Part shown: piece by piece, positions 18,408 through 28,268 of the stretch
How the letters are laid out: every line of letters begins with the position of its first letter
How positions within the stretch are numbered: position 1 is the first letter of the stretch
From: a bacterium
GTDB lineage: Bacteria > Electryoneota > RPQS01
Length of the DNA stretch: 64,000 nucleotides
Direction of reading: 5' to 3'
NCBI GenBank assembly: GCA_013360195.1
Contig: JABWCQ010000001.1
Coordinates: 84,168-148,167 of the forward strand
The notes under the pieces: model-generated
Seen by the model: only the letters and a program-made list of their open reading frames with translations
What the model was told of the DNA's origin: nothing
The model's database searches: none
Position numbers and translations under genes: made by a program

Positions 18408-18809
18408 CTAACGGAACATGGCTTTAATAGAGCCCCACGTCTGCTGCACAGCCGAAAAACTTAGCGAGACTTCCACGGGAAGGCTCATCGTGAACGTGCC
18501 GTCGTTATTGATAAGCTTCAGCCGGTAAAAGAATGTTCGCTCCCGTTCGACATCCAGCGGACTCTCGTCCGTGAATGCATACTCAGAGAACGACCCCCGC
18601 GCGTCAATTTGACCGACGGGAAGAAAATAGACTCCGTCGCTTGAACGCTCAATGATGAACTTGTCAAACTCGATTTCCTGCCCCGTACGCCACTGGAGGC
18701 GCGCATGGTCACCCAGTGGGTCTGCGGACAGGCTCAACAGTTCAACGCCGGCAAATGCGGAACTTACCGCGACAGCTGCAAAAACAAATAGGGCAAACCA
18801 GCGCTTCAA
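18408..18809 (-). CDS. Small secreted FN3/Ig-like protein with C-terminal TWGSIKAMFR motif
   Basis: Signal peptide (SAFA), VELLSL..LQWRT..IERS.DG...YRLK pattern, and AAGGA RBS. Confidence 0.75.
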   Translation of the reverse strand: MKRWFALFVFAAVAVSSAFAGVELLSLSADPLGDHARLQWRTGQEIEFDKFIIERSSDGVYFLPVGQIDARGSFSEYAFTDESPLDVERERTFFYRLKLINNDGTFTMSLPVEVSLSFSAVQQTWGSIKAMFR

Positions 18810-18841
18810 ATTTCTTGTTCCTTTGGATTCAGATTCAATAA

Positions 18842-18870
18842 ATTATACCCATCCCTTTATTCAGAGTCAA
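18842..18870 (-). promoter_or_regulatory. Sigma70 promoter
   Basis: TTGACT-N17-TATAAT on the minus strand. Confidence 0.75.
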
Positions 18871-19032
18871 GCAGAATCAGCCCGGTTACACTCACAGCAT
18901 TTGCAAGTCGAACTCAGAAAACATTAAAATACAAATATTTATCAATAAGCGGTTTCATCGGGTCAGGAATAAGAGGCATTCCACCGCAAAAGAGCAAAGC
19001 AGGGGCCGATTCTTCTGGCCAACAAGAGCACT

Positions 19033-19419
19033 CTAACTAATTAATTTCCCTATAATAAAACCAATCACGATTCCGATAATCAGTACAACTGTCAATACTC
19101 TGGATTGAACAACAGACGAACTGTGTCCCCTCCCGACAAGTACAACAGAGAGGAAGTAGCCTGCTCCGTTCAACAGCCAAATCAGTGGGATCGAAAGCGC
19201 CTTCACTAACAGGGGGCCAAGCCACGGAATTAGGGCAAGAAGCCCCAGAAAACCGGCAAAGGCCTGAGTCAGAATCCCCACAAGTGCTGCCACGGCCGCA
19301 ACGATCGTCGCGTCAAACCCGGCCAGCAAGCCAATGAGCACGATCAGCAGGACGACTGCAAGACCGATAACCGTCCGGCGGTAGGTTGACCAAAATACAG
19401 CAAAACTCGGTATATACAT
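19033..19419 (-). CDS. Hypothetical membrane protein
   Basis: Very hydrophobic ORF. Upstream TTGACA-N17-TTAATT favours ATG 19419 as the start. Confidence 0.65.
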   Translation of the reverse strand: MYIPSFAVFWSTYRRTVIGLAVVLLIVLIGLLAGFDATIVAAVAALVGILTQAFAGFLGLLALIPWLGPLLVKALSIPLIWLLNGAGYFLSVVLVGRGHSSSVVQSRVLTVVLIIGIVIGFIIGKLIS

Positions 19420-19592
19420 ATTCGTTAGGCCCTGCGTATTACCCAAATTAACGGCTATGGGACGCGAATGTCAAGCGATTCTCTCGCTCACATGTTGACA
19501 ATCCGAAACTTTCCCTAAACAAGGGCTTGCAAGAAAAAAATTTCCGATCCGCCGTTGCCCTCCCCTATAAGAGTTCGTATATTGTAGTTCTT

Positions 19593-20366
19593 ATGCACAT
19601 TCCGCCAACCGAGCACCTGACTCTGAATCCGCCGGTTTACTTCGTTTCGGATGCCCACCTCGGGGCTGAACCAGAGCCCGTGGCGTCGACGCAGCTGTCT
19701 CGGCTGCTCAAATTAGTAAATCTGGTCAGAGAGAGAAACGGTACATTGATTATCAATGGCGACCTGTTTGACTTCTGGTACGAATGGAAAACTGTTATAC
19801 CCAAGCGCTTCTTCAAAATTCTTCGCGCGCTTCAGGAAGCCACGGAGAGTGGAACCGCCATTCATTTATTGGCCGGGAACCACGATTTTCGGCTCAAGGG
19901 TTTTCTCGAATGCGAAATTGGACTGGTCACTCATCAGGACTCCCTCACCGTGCAAATTGCAAACCGCAGAACCCTTGTCTTTCATGGTGACGGACTGCTC
20001 GCCGGTGACCACGGCTACCGTCTGCTGAAAAAAGTCCTCCGAAGTCCTGTGGCACAGCGATTGTTTCTCTGGTTGCATCCGGACCTCGGCATGTGGCTGG
20101 CAAGGGGAACGTCCAAGCAGAGTCGGAATGCCACAAAAGGCAATCCGTCCGAAGATGCCGACTACATTAATTTTGCGGCCTCTGTCTTGGCAGGAGACAT
20201 CGATGATGTTGTCCTGGGACACGCGCACCGTCCGATGAGCCTGGACCTGCCCGGCGGACGATATGTCAATTTAGGCGATTGGATTTATCACTATACGTAC
20301 GCCGTTCATGACGGAAAGCAGCTGCAGCTCTTGATATGGGACGAGACGACGGGAGCGCTTAGCTGA
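19593..20366 (+). CDS. lpxH: UDP-2,3-diacylglucosamine diphosphatase
   Basis: SDAHLG, GDLFDFW, GNHD, HGD and GHAH metallophosphoesterase motifs. Confidence 0.85.
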   Translation: MHIPPTEHLTLNPPVYFVSDAHLGAEPEPVASTQLSRLLKLVNLVRERNGTLIINGDLFDFWYEWKTVIPKRFFKILRALQEATESGTAIHLLAGNHDFRLKGFLECEIGLVTHQDSLTVQIANRRTLVFHGDGLLAGDHGYRLLKKVLRSPVAQRLFLWLHPDLGMWLARGTSKQSRNATKGNPSEDADYINFAASVLAGDIDDVVLGHAHRPMSLDLPGGRYVNLGDWIYHYTYAVHDGKQLQLLIWDETTGALS

Positions 20367-22519
20367 TGGCGACATTGGTCAGGAAGTCCGTTCCGGCTGT
20401 CGTGGTTGTTCTCGCGGTTCTTGCCGTTATGATCATTGGTACTTGGTCCTTTATCGCGTATCTCAAAACCGATTTGCCGTCCGTTGAAGAGCTCGAGAAC
20501 ATCAACCCCGCGCTCGCGACCAAGATTCTCGACCGGAATGGTGTGCTCATCAAAGAACTCTTTACGCAACGGCGCTCCTATGTTCCGTTGCGGGATATGC
20601 CCCCTGAAGTAATACAGGCCTTTCTTGCGACCGAAGACCACAAGTTCTATGACCACTGGGGAATGAGACCTGCAGCCCTCGGTGTTGCGATTCTGAAAGC
20701 CATCGTAACACTCGACCTGCACCCGCGCGGCGCGTCTACAATCACTCAGCAGCTTGCCAAGAATCTCTATTTCGGCCCGCAGCGGAAGATTACACGAAAG
20801 CTCCGCGAACTGCTCACGGCAGTCGAAATTGAGCGCTACTACTCGAAAGACGAAATTCTCGAGATGTACCTAACCCAGACGTACTTTGGGGCAGGTGCAT
20901 ACGGCATTGGTGCTGCTGCGGCGACCTATTTCTCTAAGTCTGTCCCTGAACTGAATGTCAACGAGGCGGCCACGCTTGCGGCTATACCTAAATCGCCGAC
21001 CCGTTACAATCCCCTCCAGAATCCGCAGAACACTCTTGTCCGGCGCAATCTCGTGTTTGGTAGAATGGAGGACGTGGGCTACATCACAAAAGCGGAGCGG
21101 GACAGTCTTGTGGACACTCCGTTGCCGCTGCATCCGTCCATGGACCGGACTCAAGAGGGAATTGCCCCGTACTTCACGGAGAATGTCAGACAGGAATTGA
21201 ATCGACTCGGCGACCGCCACGGTTTCGATCCGCTGCAGGATGGGCTGACGGTCTACACCACGCTTGACGCCAAATTGCAAAAGTGCGCAGAAGATGCCGT
21301 CGCAAAGGTGCTTCCGGAATTGCAGGATAAAGTCAATGAGATTCACAAAATTACCAATGTGAAGCTCCGGCTCAAGGAGATGTACCCGGACTCGAATACA
21401 GCCGCGATTCGTAGGCTTGCGTCCAATAAGAGATTAGCCGATTCCATCGCGACCGCTGAGCTTCCGGTGCAGGTGGCATTTGTTGCCCTCGACCCCGCCA
21501 CCGGACACATTCTTGCTATGATTGGCGGCCGTAGCTTCGAGCTCAGCAAGTTTAATCGCGCCACGCAAGCCGTTAGGCAGCCCGGCTCTTGTTTCAAGCC
21601 GTTTGTTTATGCATCGGCGATTGACAAGGGTATGCCGATATCGGAGAAGGTTTCAAATGATGAAATCGTCGTAACCCTTGAAAACGGTGACCTCTGGGCG
21701 CCCAAGAACTTCTCAGACGAATATGGCGGCATCGTGGACTTGAGGCAGGCGCTGGCGAAGTCGCTGAACGTGGTCAGCGTGCGGTTGATTCGCGAACATA
21801 CGAATCCACGCGATGTTGTTGAACTTGCCAGAGGCTGCGGCATAACGACAAAGCTTGACCCGTATGATGCTCTTGCCTTGGGGGCTTCCGGAGTCATTCC
21901 TTTGGACATTGTTGGTGCCTATCAAGTGTTTCAGACGCTCGGCATTTGGTCCAAACCGATTGCCGTAACGGGACTCGATGACCAATTCGGTCAAACAATC
22001 GAACAGTTCAGGAACGAGCGTAAAGTCGTTATGTCCGAAGAGACAGCCTTTCTCGTGCAAAGTCTCATGCGGTCAGTCAGCGACCACGGCACCGCCGCAT
22101 CGCTTCGTTCCAAGTATGAATTCCGTATCCCCACGGCCGGAAAGACCGGTACGACCAACGACAATACCGATGCATGGTTCATCGGCTTCACGCCGCATCT
22201 GCTGGCCGGTGTCTGGGTCGGACTCGATGACCCGGCAAAGTCGCTGGGACGGGGACAAGAGGGAGGTAAGGCCGCATTGCCGATTTGGGCTGAGTTCATG
22301 CTCGCGGCTTATCAAGTGATGGATTACCCCGAGTCCGAATTCAGAGTTCCGCGCGGCATCACTACTGCCGACATCTGCGTTGAATCCGGCGAGCTTGCCA
22401 CGTCGGGCTGTGATGAAATCCGCACCGAGTACTTCGCTTCCAAGTCCGAATTGCCTGAGTCCTGCACGATTCACGGCGCGTTCCGGACTCCGAGGGGAAG
22501 GAAGCAAAGTCTGTTCTAA
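20366..22519 (+). CDS. mrcA: Class A penicillin-binding protein (PBP1A family)
   Basis: ATED, GASTITQQL, RK..E; SCFK, SLN, KTG. Confidence 0.9.
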   Translation: MATLVRKSVPAVVVVLAVLAVMIIGTWSFIAYLKTDLPSVEELENINPALATKILDRNGVLIKELFTQRRSYVPLRDMPPEVIQAFLATEDHKFYDHWGMRPAALGVAILKAIVTLDLHPRGASTITQQLAKNLYFGPQRKITRKLRELLTAVEIERYYSKDEILEMYLTQTYFGAGAYGIGAAAATYFSKSVPELNVNEAATLAAIPKSPTRYNPLQNPQNTLVRRNLVFGRMEDVGYITKAERDSLVDTPLPLHPSMDRTQEGIAPYFTENVRQELNRLGDRHGFDPLQDGLTVYTTLDAKLQKCAEDAVAKVLPELQDKVNEIHKITNVKLRLKEMYPDSNTAAIRRLASNKRLADSIATAELPVQVAFVALDPATGHILAMIGGRSFELSKFNRATQAVRQPGSCFKPFVYASAIDKGMPISEKVSNDEIVVTLENGDLWAPKNFSDEYGGIVDLRQALAKSLNVVSVRLIREHTNPRDVVELARGCGITTKLDPYDALALGASGVIPLDIVGAYQVFQTLGIWSKPIAVTGLDDQFGQTIEQFRNERKVVMSEETAFLVQSLMRSVSDHGTAASLRSKYEFRIPTAGKTGTTNDNTDAWFIGFTPHLLAGVWVGLDDPAKSLGRGQEGGKAALPIWAEFMLAAYQVMDYPESEFRVPRGITTADICVESGELATSGCDEIRTEYFASKSELPESCTIHGAFRTPRGRKQSLF

Positions 22520-22559
22520 ATTTGTATTCTACGATAAACTGTTTCGGGAGAACAGTTCC

Positions 22560-23732
22560 ATGTTAGTATCACGTACATTTCAGCGAGGCGGCGTGGCTAT
22601 GTGGGCTACCGTCTTGGTAGTCTTGCTCATTCTCGGCGCACTCGCCTTCCATTTCATTTCCAGAATGGAACCCGCCGAAGTCAGGTCGTTTCAAGAGCTC
22701 GTCAACCGGGTGGAGAAAATTAACACCCAAATCACCGAACGCGAGCAGCAGATTTCAAGCCTTGTCGCGCGTTACAACCAGTCTCATCCCGGTAACGAGA
22801 TTGACACGACCGGAATGTCGGCCATGGGACTGACTGAAGAACAGGCGCAGCTTCTTGCGAATCGTGTCGCGCAGGAAAAAGACCTGTCCTATCGGGGCAT
22901 GCTGCAGGAAGTCATTGACATCTCCTCTGAGATGGAGAAACTGCGTACCGAGCTGGGTGAGGTCAAGTCGCGCTTGCGTCCTCCGGTGGTTGCTCAAAAG
23001 GGCGATACGCATCTTGCTGTCTGTTTGAAGTTCCTGACTGAGGACATCGGCATGAATGAAGATGATGCGCTGGCACTCATCGAGAAGGAAGCTCTTGTAC
23101 CTGAACTGCTGCCGGGGTTTGAAGTCTGGAACTATTACGGCGAAGGCATCTTCGGCACCTTTGTGACACAGGGACAGGCGAAGATTACGCCGAATGAGCT
23201 TGCGCGTGCGACCAAGCGCAAGATTGACGCGGAACGGCAGACGCTGATTCAGGAGCGCAATCAAAAGCAGTCGGAAGTTGATGACCTTGAGGCGAGAAAA
23301 GCCGAGTTGCAGCAGCAGATTCGCTCCCTCGAAGAAGAACGTGCGGCCATGATGCAACAGGTGGCGGTGATGGCCAGTTCCAATGACAGCCTGGCCAAGG
23401 AGCTGAATTCGCTCAAATATCACATCGGCACATTCCGCGACCTTGAAAAGGCGGGAGCCATTCGCAAGCCCGCACTGGGCAAGTGGAATACCGGGGATAT
23501 CGAGGCGGTGCAGCACACCGGCTCGCTCGATTTGCGGCGCGATTCTCGGATTGTCATCAATGCGTCTTCGCTTGGACTGGACAAAGTGGATCGCATTCTT
23601 GTATTCCCCCGCTATTTCAGTGAGGAGTCCGATTACAAGGTCGAGCTGTCTTCCGATCGCAAGTCTGCAACGGTCGTGTTTGTCAAACCGACGAAGTTCA
23701 ATCTCTCGCGCTTGGTAATTGCCGTCGGTTAG
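22560..23732 (+). CDS. Membrane-anchored coiled-coil protein with possible LysM-like segment
   Basis: N-terminal TM helix, long heptad regions, VVAQKGDT...LLPG segment, beta-rich C-terminus. Confidence 0.65.
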   Translation: MLVSRTFQRGGVAMWATVLVVLLILGALAFHFISRMEPAEVRSFQELVNRVEKINTQITEREQQISSLVARYNQSHPGNEIDTTGMSAMGLTEEQAQLLANRVAQEKDLSYRGMLQEVIDISSEMEKLRTELGEVKSRLRPPVVAQKGDTHLAVCLKFLTEDIGMNEDDALALIEKEALVPELLPGFEVWNYYGEGIFGTFVTQGQAKITPNELARATKRKIDAERQTLIQERNQKQSEVDDLEARKAELQQQIRSLEEERAAMMQQVAVMASSNDSLAKELNSLKYHIGTFRDLEKAGAIRKPALGKWNTGDIEAVQHTGSLDLRRDSRIVINASSLGLDKVDRILVFPRYFSEESDYKVELSSDRKSATVVFVKPTKFNLSRLVIAVG

Positions 23733-23760
23733 CCGCTTGTAAAGCGGGTTTTGCGCTGAC

Positions 23761-23790
23761 GCGGCGGCTTGAAAGAGTCGCCGTTTTTTT
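23761..23790 (+). terminator. Rho-independent terminator
   Basis: GCGGCGGCTT-GAAA-GAGTCGCCGT followed by a T-run. Confidence 0.8.
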
Positions 23791-23917
23791 AGTCAGGCAC
23801 GATAGTCATGTACCTTCGCAGTTCTGTTAAGCAAAACATTCTCCCCCGCCTAGTCCCCCCAGAGGACGGGACCAGAGTTATTCAATTGCGAAGAGACCGC
23901 TTGCGCGGTCTCTTTCG

Positions 23918-25063
23918 TTATCCAAACAATCCTTGTCCCGACCTTCGCTGCCGCCACCACAAGTAGAATGTCACCAAGGCAAACAGGACATTCGGTGCCC
24001 ACATGGCGGACGCAGGACTTACGGTGCCCCGATCGGCCAAGTCTTCACCTGCAATCAGAAAGACCCAGTAGATCAGGAAGAAAGCCATGCTGTAACCCGC
24101 AGACACACCAATGCCTGATCTCCGCACCATCTGACCGAGTAACCCGCCAAGCGCGGCGAAAATCAAGCAGGCCGCCGGTATCGAAAATTTCTTGTGAATC
24201 TCAACGCGCAGCCGTGAGATATTCTTGGCATTCTTTTCCGCGTCGTTTTCCTGATACTGTTTAATCCGTTGCCGCAACTGCGTGACGTTCATTTCGCGAT
24301 CGCCCCGCCACTCCGTGCTGGTTCTGCGCAAGGACATGTCCGGAGCATGAATGCGAAACACCGCGTCCTTGAACGCAATCCGGTGATGTTCACCCGGGCG
24401 CGCGCGGTCGGAACGTAGAATCTCGCCGTCGTTCAATTTGAACTCGAACCCCTCGAACCACTCCTCATATTTCAGTTTTCCGTTGTCGGCCAGCACCGTG
24501 CCGCTGAAACGCGGATCATCGTCTTCGTACACGACGACGTCATGAATTTGCGATGTTTCGTTGTCCACCTGCCGCGCATACAGCACGTGCCCGGGAATGT
24601 CGGTTAGAAACACGCCGGGCTCAAGAATCATGGCGGGCTTCAATCGCTTGATATCGGTCTGCAGTTGCCGCGAACGATAGTTGAGGTCGGGCAGGATTTC
24701 GTTATTGAAATAGGCCAATCCCACCGCGGAGACGACACCAAAGAGAATGGCCGGAGTTATCATTTGCCACGGGCCGACACCCGATGACCGCAGCGCCGTG
24801 ACTTCATTGTCGGAGGACAGCCTGCCGTAGGCGGACAGCACCGCGACCAAAACGGCCATCGGTACGGCCAAAGCCAGCATCCACGCCAGGTTCAGCCCGA
24901 AAAACTCCAATACCGTCAACACGGACAGCCCTTTGCCGACAATCCGGCCTAACATCGTAAAGACCAGGTTCAGGACAAACAGGAAAACAATCAGCGACAG
25001 GCTGAAGAAAAAGGGTGGGATAAACTCCCGGGTCAGGTAGCGGAAGAGAGTCATTTCGGTCAA
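23918..25063 (-). CDS. lptF: LPS export permease LptF-like
   Basis: RYL.RE, RLSSDNEVTALRSSG, EIHKKFSIP, W.PN. Confidence 0.85.
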   Translation of the reverse strand: MTEMTLFRYLTREFIPPFFFSLSLIVFLFVLNLVFTMLGRIVGKGLSVLTVLEFFGLNLAWMLALAVPMAVLVAVLSAYGRLSSDNEVTALRSSGVGPWQMITPAILFGVVSAVGLAYFNNEILPDLNYRSRQLQTDIKRLKPAMILEPGVFLTDIPGHVLYARQVDNETSQIHDVVVYEDDDPRFSGTVLADNGKLKYEEWFEGFEFKLNDGEILRSDRARPGEHHRIAFKDAVFRIHAPDMSLRRTSTEWRGDREMNVTQLRQRIKQYQENDAEKNAKNISRLRVEIHKKFSIPAACLIFAALGGLLGQMVRRSGIGVSAGYSMAFFLIYWVFLIAGEDLADRGTVSPASAMWAPNVLFALVTFYLWWRQRRSGQGLFG

Positions 25064-25114
25064 GATTTTGTTCGCAAGTTAATAAATTTGAAGAACATTT
25101 CCCACAACTGCCGC

Positions 25115-25143
25115 TTGCTTTTTTCACCTAAATGGGATATACT
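25115..25143 (+). promoter_or_regulatory. Sigma70 promoter for tRNA-Ser
   Basis: TTGCTT-N17-TATACT. Confidence 0.65.
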
Positions 25144-25174
25144 TGCTGTTTCGGGGACGGAATGCCCTCCGCCC

Positions 25175-25258
25175 GGAGGACTAGACCTAATTGGTAAGGC
25201 AGCGGTCTTGAAAACCGCCGGGCGAAAGCCCTTGGGAGTTCGAGTCTCCCGTCCTCCG
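25175..25258 (+). tRNA. tRNA-Ser(TGA)
   Basis: Acceptor GGAGGAC/GTCCTCC, anticodon arm GCGGT-CT-TGA-AA-ACCGC, long variable arm, TTCGAGT loop. CCA is not encoded. Confidence 0.95.
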
Positions 25259-25291
25259 CAAGTTTAATATAATCATTTTCTTGAGGAGCTT

Positions 25292-25804
25292 ATGCGGAAG
25301 GTCATCCTGTTCGCCGCCTCCAGTCTGGATGGCTTCATTGCCCGACCGGATGGTGCCATTGACTGGCTGTTTCAAGAGGGTGATTATGGCTTTTCGGAAT
25401 TCGTCAGCACGGTGGATGCCGTTGTGCTTGGTCGCAAGACCTACGAGGTCGCGCAAGCGCTTGGCGATGATACGCTGACCGCTGGAGAACACTGGGTGGT
25501 CAGCCGGACTCCTGAGGCCTACAAAGGCAGTAAGGCGAGGTTTGGCAGTCTGGCTCAGGTCGGCGAGTGGCTGAAGTCGTCGGAGAGCGAAAAAGCCGTC
25601 TGGCTGATTGGCGGCGGAGAACTGACCACTGCATTTCTTGACAACGGCTGGCTGCATGAAATCGTGCTCGCAATTCATCCGCGTCTGCTCGGTCAGGGAA
25701 TTCCCGTCAGTCCGGGTTTGATGCGCGACGCCGTGCTGAAGTACACGAAGCACAAGGCCTATGACAACGGTCTGTTGCAAGTCTGGTATGATGTGGTTTC
25801 CTGA
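25292..25804 (+). CDS. Dihydrofolate reductase-like (RibD C-terminal) protein
   Basis: ASSLDGFIA, GRKTY, GGG, P.LLG.G. Confidence 0.88.
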   Translation: MRKVILFAASSLDGFIARPDGAIDWLFQEGDYGFSEFVSTVDAVVLGRKTYEVAQALGDDTLTAGEHWVVSRTPEAYKGSKARFGSLAQVGEWLKSSESEKAVWLIGGGELTTAFLDNGWLHEIVLAIHPRLLGQGIPVSPGLMRDAVLKYTKHKAYDNGLLQVWYDVVS

Positions 25805-25822
25805 GGCCACTGCTTAATTTCA

Positions 25823-25914
<92 letters not shown>

Positions 25915-25976
25915 AAGGGTATGAATTACTTTGTGATGATTTCCGTGAGACCTGACTAACCTCAGCGGTAACTGAA

Positions 25977-26327
25977 ATGGACAACCATCGCATCTACGCA
26001 ATGAGCTTCGCGAGTGTGTATCCCCTGTATATCGCCAAGGCGGAGAAAAAGGGGCGTTCAAAAGACGAAGTTGATAAAATTATCCGCTGGCTCACGGGAT
26101 ATACTCAGAAGCAATTGGATGCGCTGATTGAAAAGAAAACCAACTTTGAAAATTTCTTCGCGCAGGCGCCCAATCTCAACCCTTCGCGCGCATTGATAAC
26201 TGGCGTGGTTTGCGGAGTCAGGGTGGAAGAAATCAAAGAGCTGCTGATGAGAGAGATTCGGTATCTTGACAAGCTCGTTGATGAACTTGCCAAGGGAAAA
26301 GCGCTTGAGAAAATCTTGCGAAAGTAA
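25977..26327 (+). CDS. DUF2200 family protein
   Basis: [14 protein letters not shown]...WLTGY...ITG.VCG.RVE...RYLDKL.DELAKG. Confidence 0.85.
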   Translation: MDNHRIYAMSFASVYPLYIAKAEKKGRSKDEVDKIIRWLTGYTQKQLDALIEKKTNFENFFAQAPNLNPSRALITGVVCGVRVEEIKELLMREIRYLDKLVDELAKGKALEKILRK

Positions 26328-26354
26328 AGCTAACACATTGTTAAGGGGGAACAC

Positions 26355-26804
26355 GTGAAGAAAGCGCACTATTCCATTACAATTAACGCGCCTCGGGACA
26401 AAGTTTGGCGCAAGCTCTTTGACGACGACTCCTACCGCATCTGGACAGAAACATTCTGCACGGGCTCGCATTACAAGGGGAATTGGGAGAAAGGCAGCAA
26501 GATTCTCTTTCTCGGGCCAGGGGAAGACGGGAAACTTGGCGGCATGGTTAGCCGCATTGCCGAGAACAAGCCTAACGAGTTCATGTCTATTGAGCATCTT
26601 GGCATGGTGAACGACGGAATAGAGGATACGACTAGCGAAGATGTCAAGAAGTGGACGCCCGCCTTTGAGAATTATACACTCACAGATCGCAGCGGCGCAA
26701 CTGAAGTCTCGATCGACATAGACGTTGAAGACTCCTGGGCGGAAATGTTCGATCAAATGTGGCCAAGCGCGCTTGCAAAACTGAAAGAGATTTCAGAAGA
26801 GTAA
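26355..26804 (+). CDS. SRPBCC (AHSA1-like) domain protein
   Basis: I.INAP..KVW, Y..WT..F, ENYT, WP.AL..LK. Confidence 0.85.
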   Translation: MKKAHYSITINAPRDKVWRKLFDDDSYRIWTETFCTGSHYKGNWEKGSKILFLGPGEDGKLGGMVSRIAENKPNEFMSIEHLGMVNDGIEDTTSEDVKKWTPAFENYTLTDRSGATEVSIDIDVEDSWAEMFDQMWPSALAKLKEISEE

Positions 26805-26813
26805 GTTGATTAA

Positions 26814-27170
26814 TTGTTAAGTTTTCCACGCACCCTCCTGCACCTTGAAGGCCTCGCTGTATTTGTTCTGAGTCTTCTGGTCTATTCCACTCTTGCCGGG
26901 TCGTGGACGCAATTCGCGCTACTGTTTCTGACGCCTGACCTGTTCATGCTGGGCTATCTGCTCAATAAGCGAGTCGGCGCCGTTTGTTACAACCTAGCCC
27001 ACACATATGTAGCTGCACTGGGCATCATCGCAATCGGATACTTCGACGGCAACAGCTTTTTGCTGGCCTTCGGAGTCATCGTTACTGCTCATATCGGGTT
27101 TGACCGGATGCTCGGGTTCGGCTTGAAATATCCGACCGGTTTTAAAGATACTCACTTTCAAAGAGTATGA
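26814..27170 (+). CDS. DUF4260 membrane protein
   Basis: LEG, PDL.MLGY, YN.AH, HIG.DR.LG.GLKY...F..TH. Confidence 0.85.
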   Translation: MLSFPRTLLHLEGLAVFVLSLLVYSTLAGSWTQFALLFLTPDLFMLGYLLNKRVGAVCYNLAHTYVAALGIIAIGYFDGNSFLLAFGVIVTAHIGFDRMLGFGLKYPTGFKDTHFQRV

Positions 27171-27255
27171 TGACAGCTCTAATTACTCCGGCAGTGCGAC
27201 AAGCTTGCTTCGCGACAATAAATAATCCCCCGTCATCCGCAGGAACAGGGGATTT

Positions 27256-27906
27256 TTGTTATTATTCCGAAACGTGATTATCAGTCAGGAATCTATCAAT
27301 CCGCAGGCACGTCGGCGCGCTCTGATCCGAATATGGGTCGCGTCAGCACTCATGCTCGCCGCCACCGCGATGGGCGTCTTGTCATGGCTGCGCGATGAGT
27401 CCGCCGTGTTGATTGTCACGTCGTCACCGGACGGAGGGGAAGTCGTCTTGAACTACCGCCCAACCGGAGCCAATACAAACGCGTACATATCCGACCTTCC
27501 CGCAGATTCGGTCATTGTCACGCTGCGCCAGGACGGGTTTCGCCCGATTCCGCAGGAACAGCGCATCCGCTTACAAGCCGGAGATACAACGCGTCTGGCT
27601 TTCTTCTTGCAACCGATTGCACGAAGTGACCTGAGGGAACTTCCCAGGTCCAACGGCACTCCATATAAGTGGCAATGGAAGTATGTGGAAATCAACTCCG
27701 ATCCGCCCGGTGCGCATGTTATCATTGACGACGTTCCCACCGGTCTGCTGACACCGGCGAATTTCGTTTTCGACCGTGGATTGCATCACTTGCAGGCACA
27801 TTGGCCCAATGGTGCTAAATCCTTCAAAAACGTCATCATCGAACCGTCTTCTACTCAGCCCAATATCCTGTTCCGACCGGCAACATACATCAAACCTGAA
27901 GAATGA
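27256..27906 (+). CDS. PEGA domain membrane protein (start uncertain)
   Basis: One TM helix, then two PEGA-like repeats (VTSSPDGG, INSDPPGA.V.ID...G.TP). Confidence 0.75.
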   Translation: MLLFRNVIISQESINPQARRRALIRIWVASALMLAATAMGVLSWLRDESAVLIVTSSPDGGEVVLNYRPTGANTNAYISDLPADSVIVTLRQDGFRPIPQEQRIRLQAGDTTRLAFFLQPIARSDLRELPRSNGTPYKWQWKYVEINSDPPGAHVIIDDVPTGLLTPANFVFDRGLHHLQAHWPNGAKSFKNVIIEPSSTQPNILFRPATYIKPEE

Positions 27907-28268
27907 CACGACGCGAAATTACCCGCATTGAACCTCGCAGCGCCGTCCGGGTCGGGTTCTTTCTCGGACTGCTCTTCGGCATCCTGTTTGGTTTGTACAG
28001 TGCATTCCTGCTGAAGGGAATGGGCGACGCCGGATTGCAGATGTTCGGCGGGGCGGAGGCCGCGCAGTTGAAGTCCCTCGGCGGTGTCTCCACGCTGTTC
28101 ATGGCGCTGTTCATGGGACTGATGGGCGCGCTTTTCTATTCGCTCGTGAGCGGGTTGTGTGCGGTCGTGTATAACCTTGCTGCTAAATGGTTTGGCGGGA
28201 TTGAGTATCAAGTTCAGGAAACCGATGAAAACGCGCCGCCTGTCCGCGGCGGAGCCTCTGATGAATGA
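27903..28268 (+). CDS. DUF3566-like membrane protein
   Basis: I.RI.P.S, two TM helices, YN..A...GGI. Confidence 0.7.
   Translation: MTRREITRIEPRSAVRVGFFLGLLFGILFGLYSAFLLKGMGDAGLQMFGGAEAAQLKSLGGVSTLFMALFMGLMGALFYSLVSGLCAVVYNLAAKWFGGIEYQVQETDENAPPVRGGASDE

Noticed and set aside
22755..23516. 253-aa minus-strand ORF
   Set aside because: Antisense shadow of the coiled-coil gene.
25187..25810. 207-aa minus-strand ORF
   Set aside because: Overlaps tRNA-Ser and the DHFR-like gene on the opposite strand.
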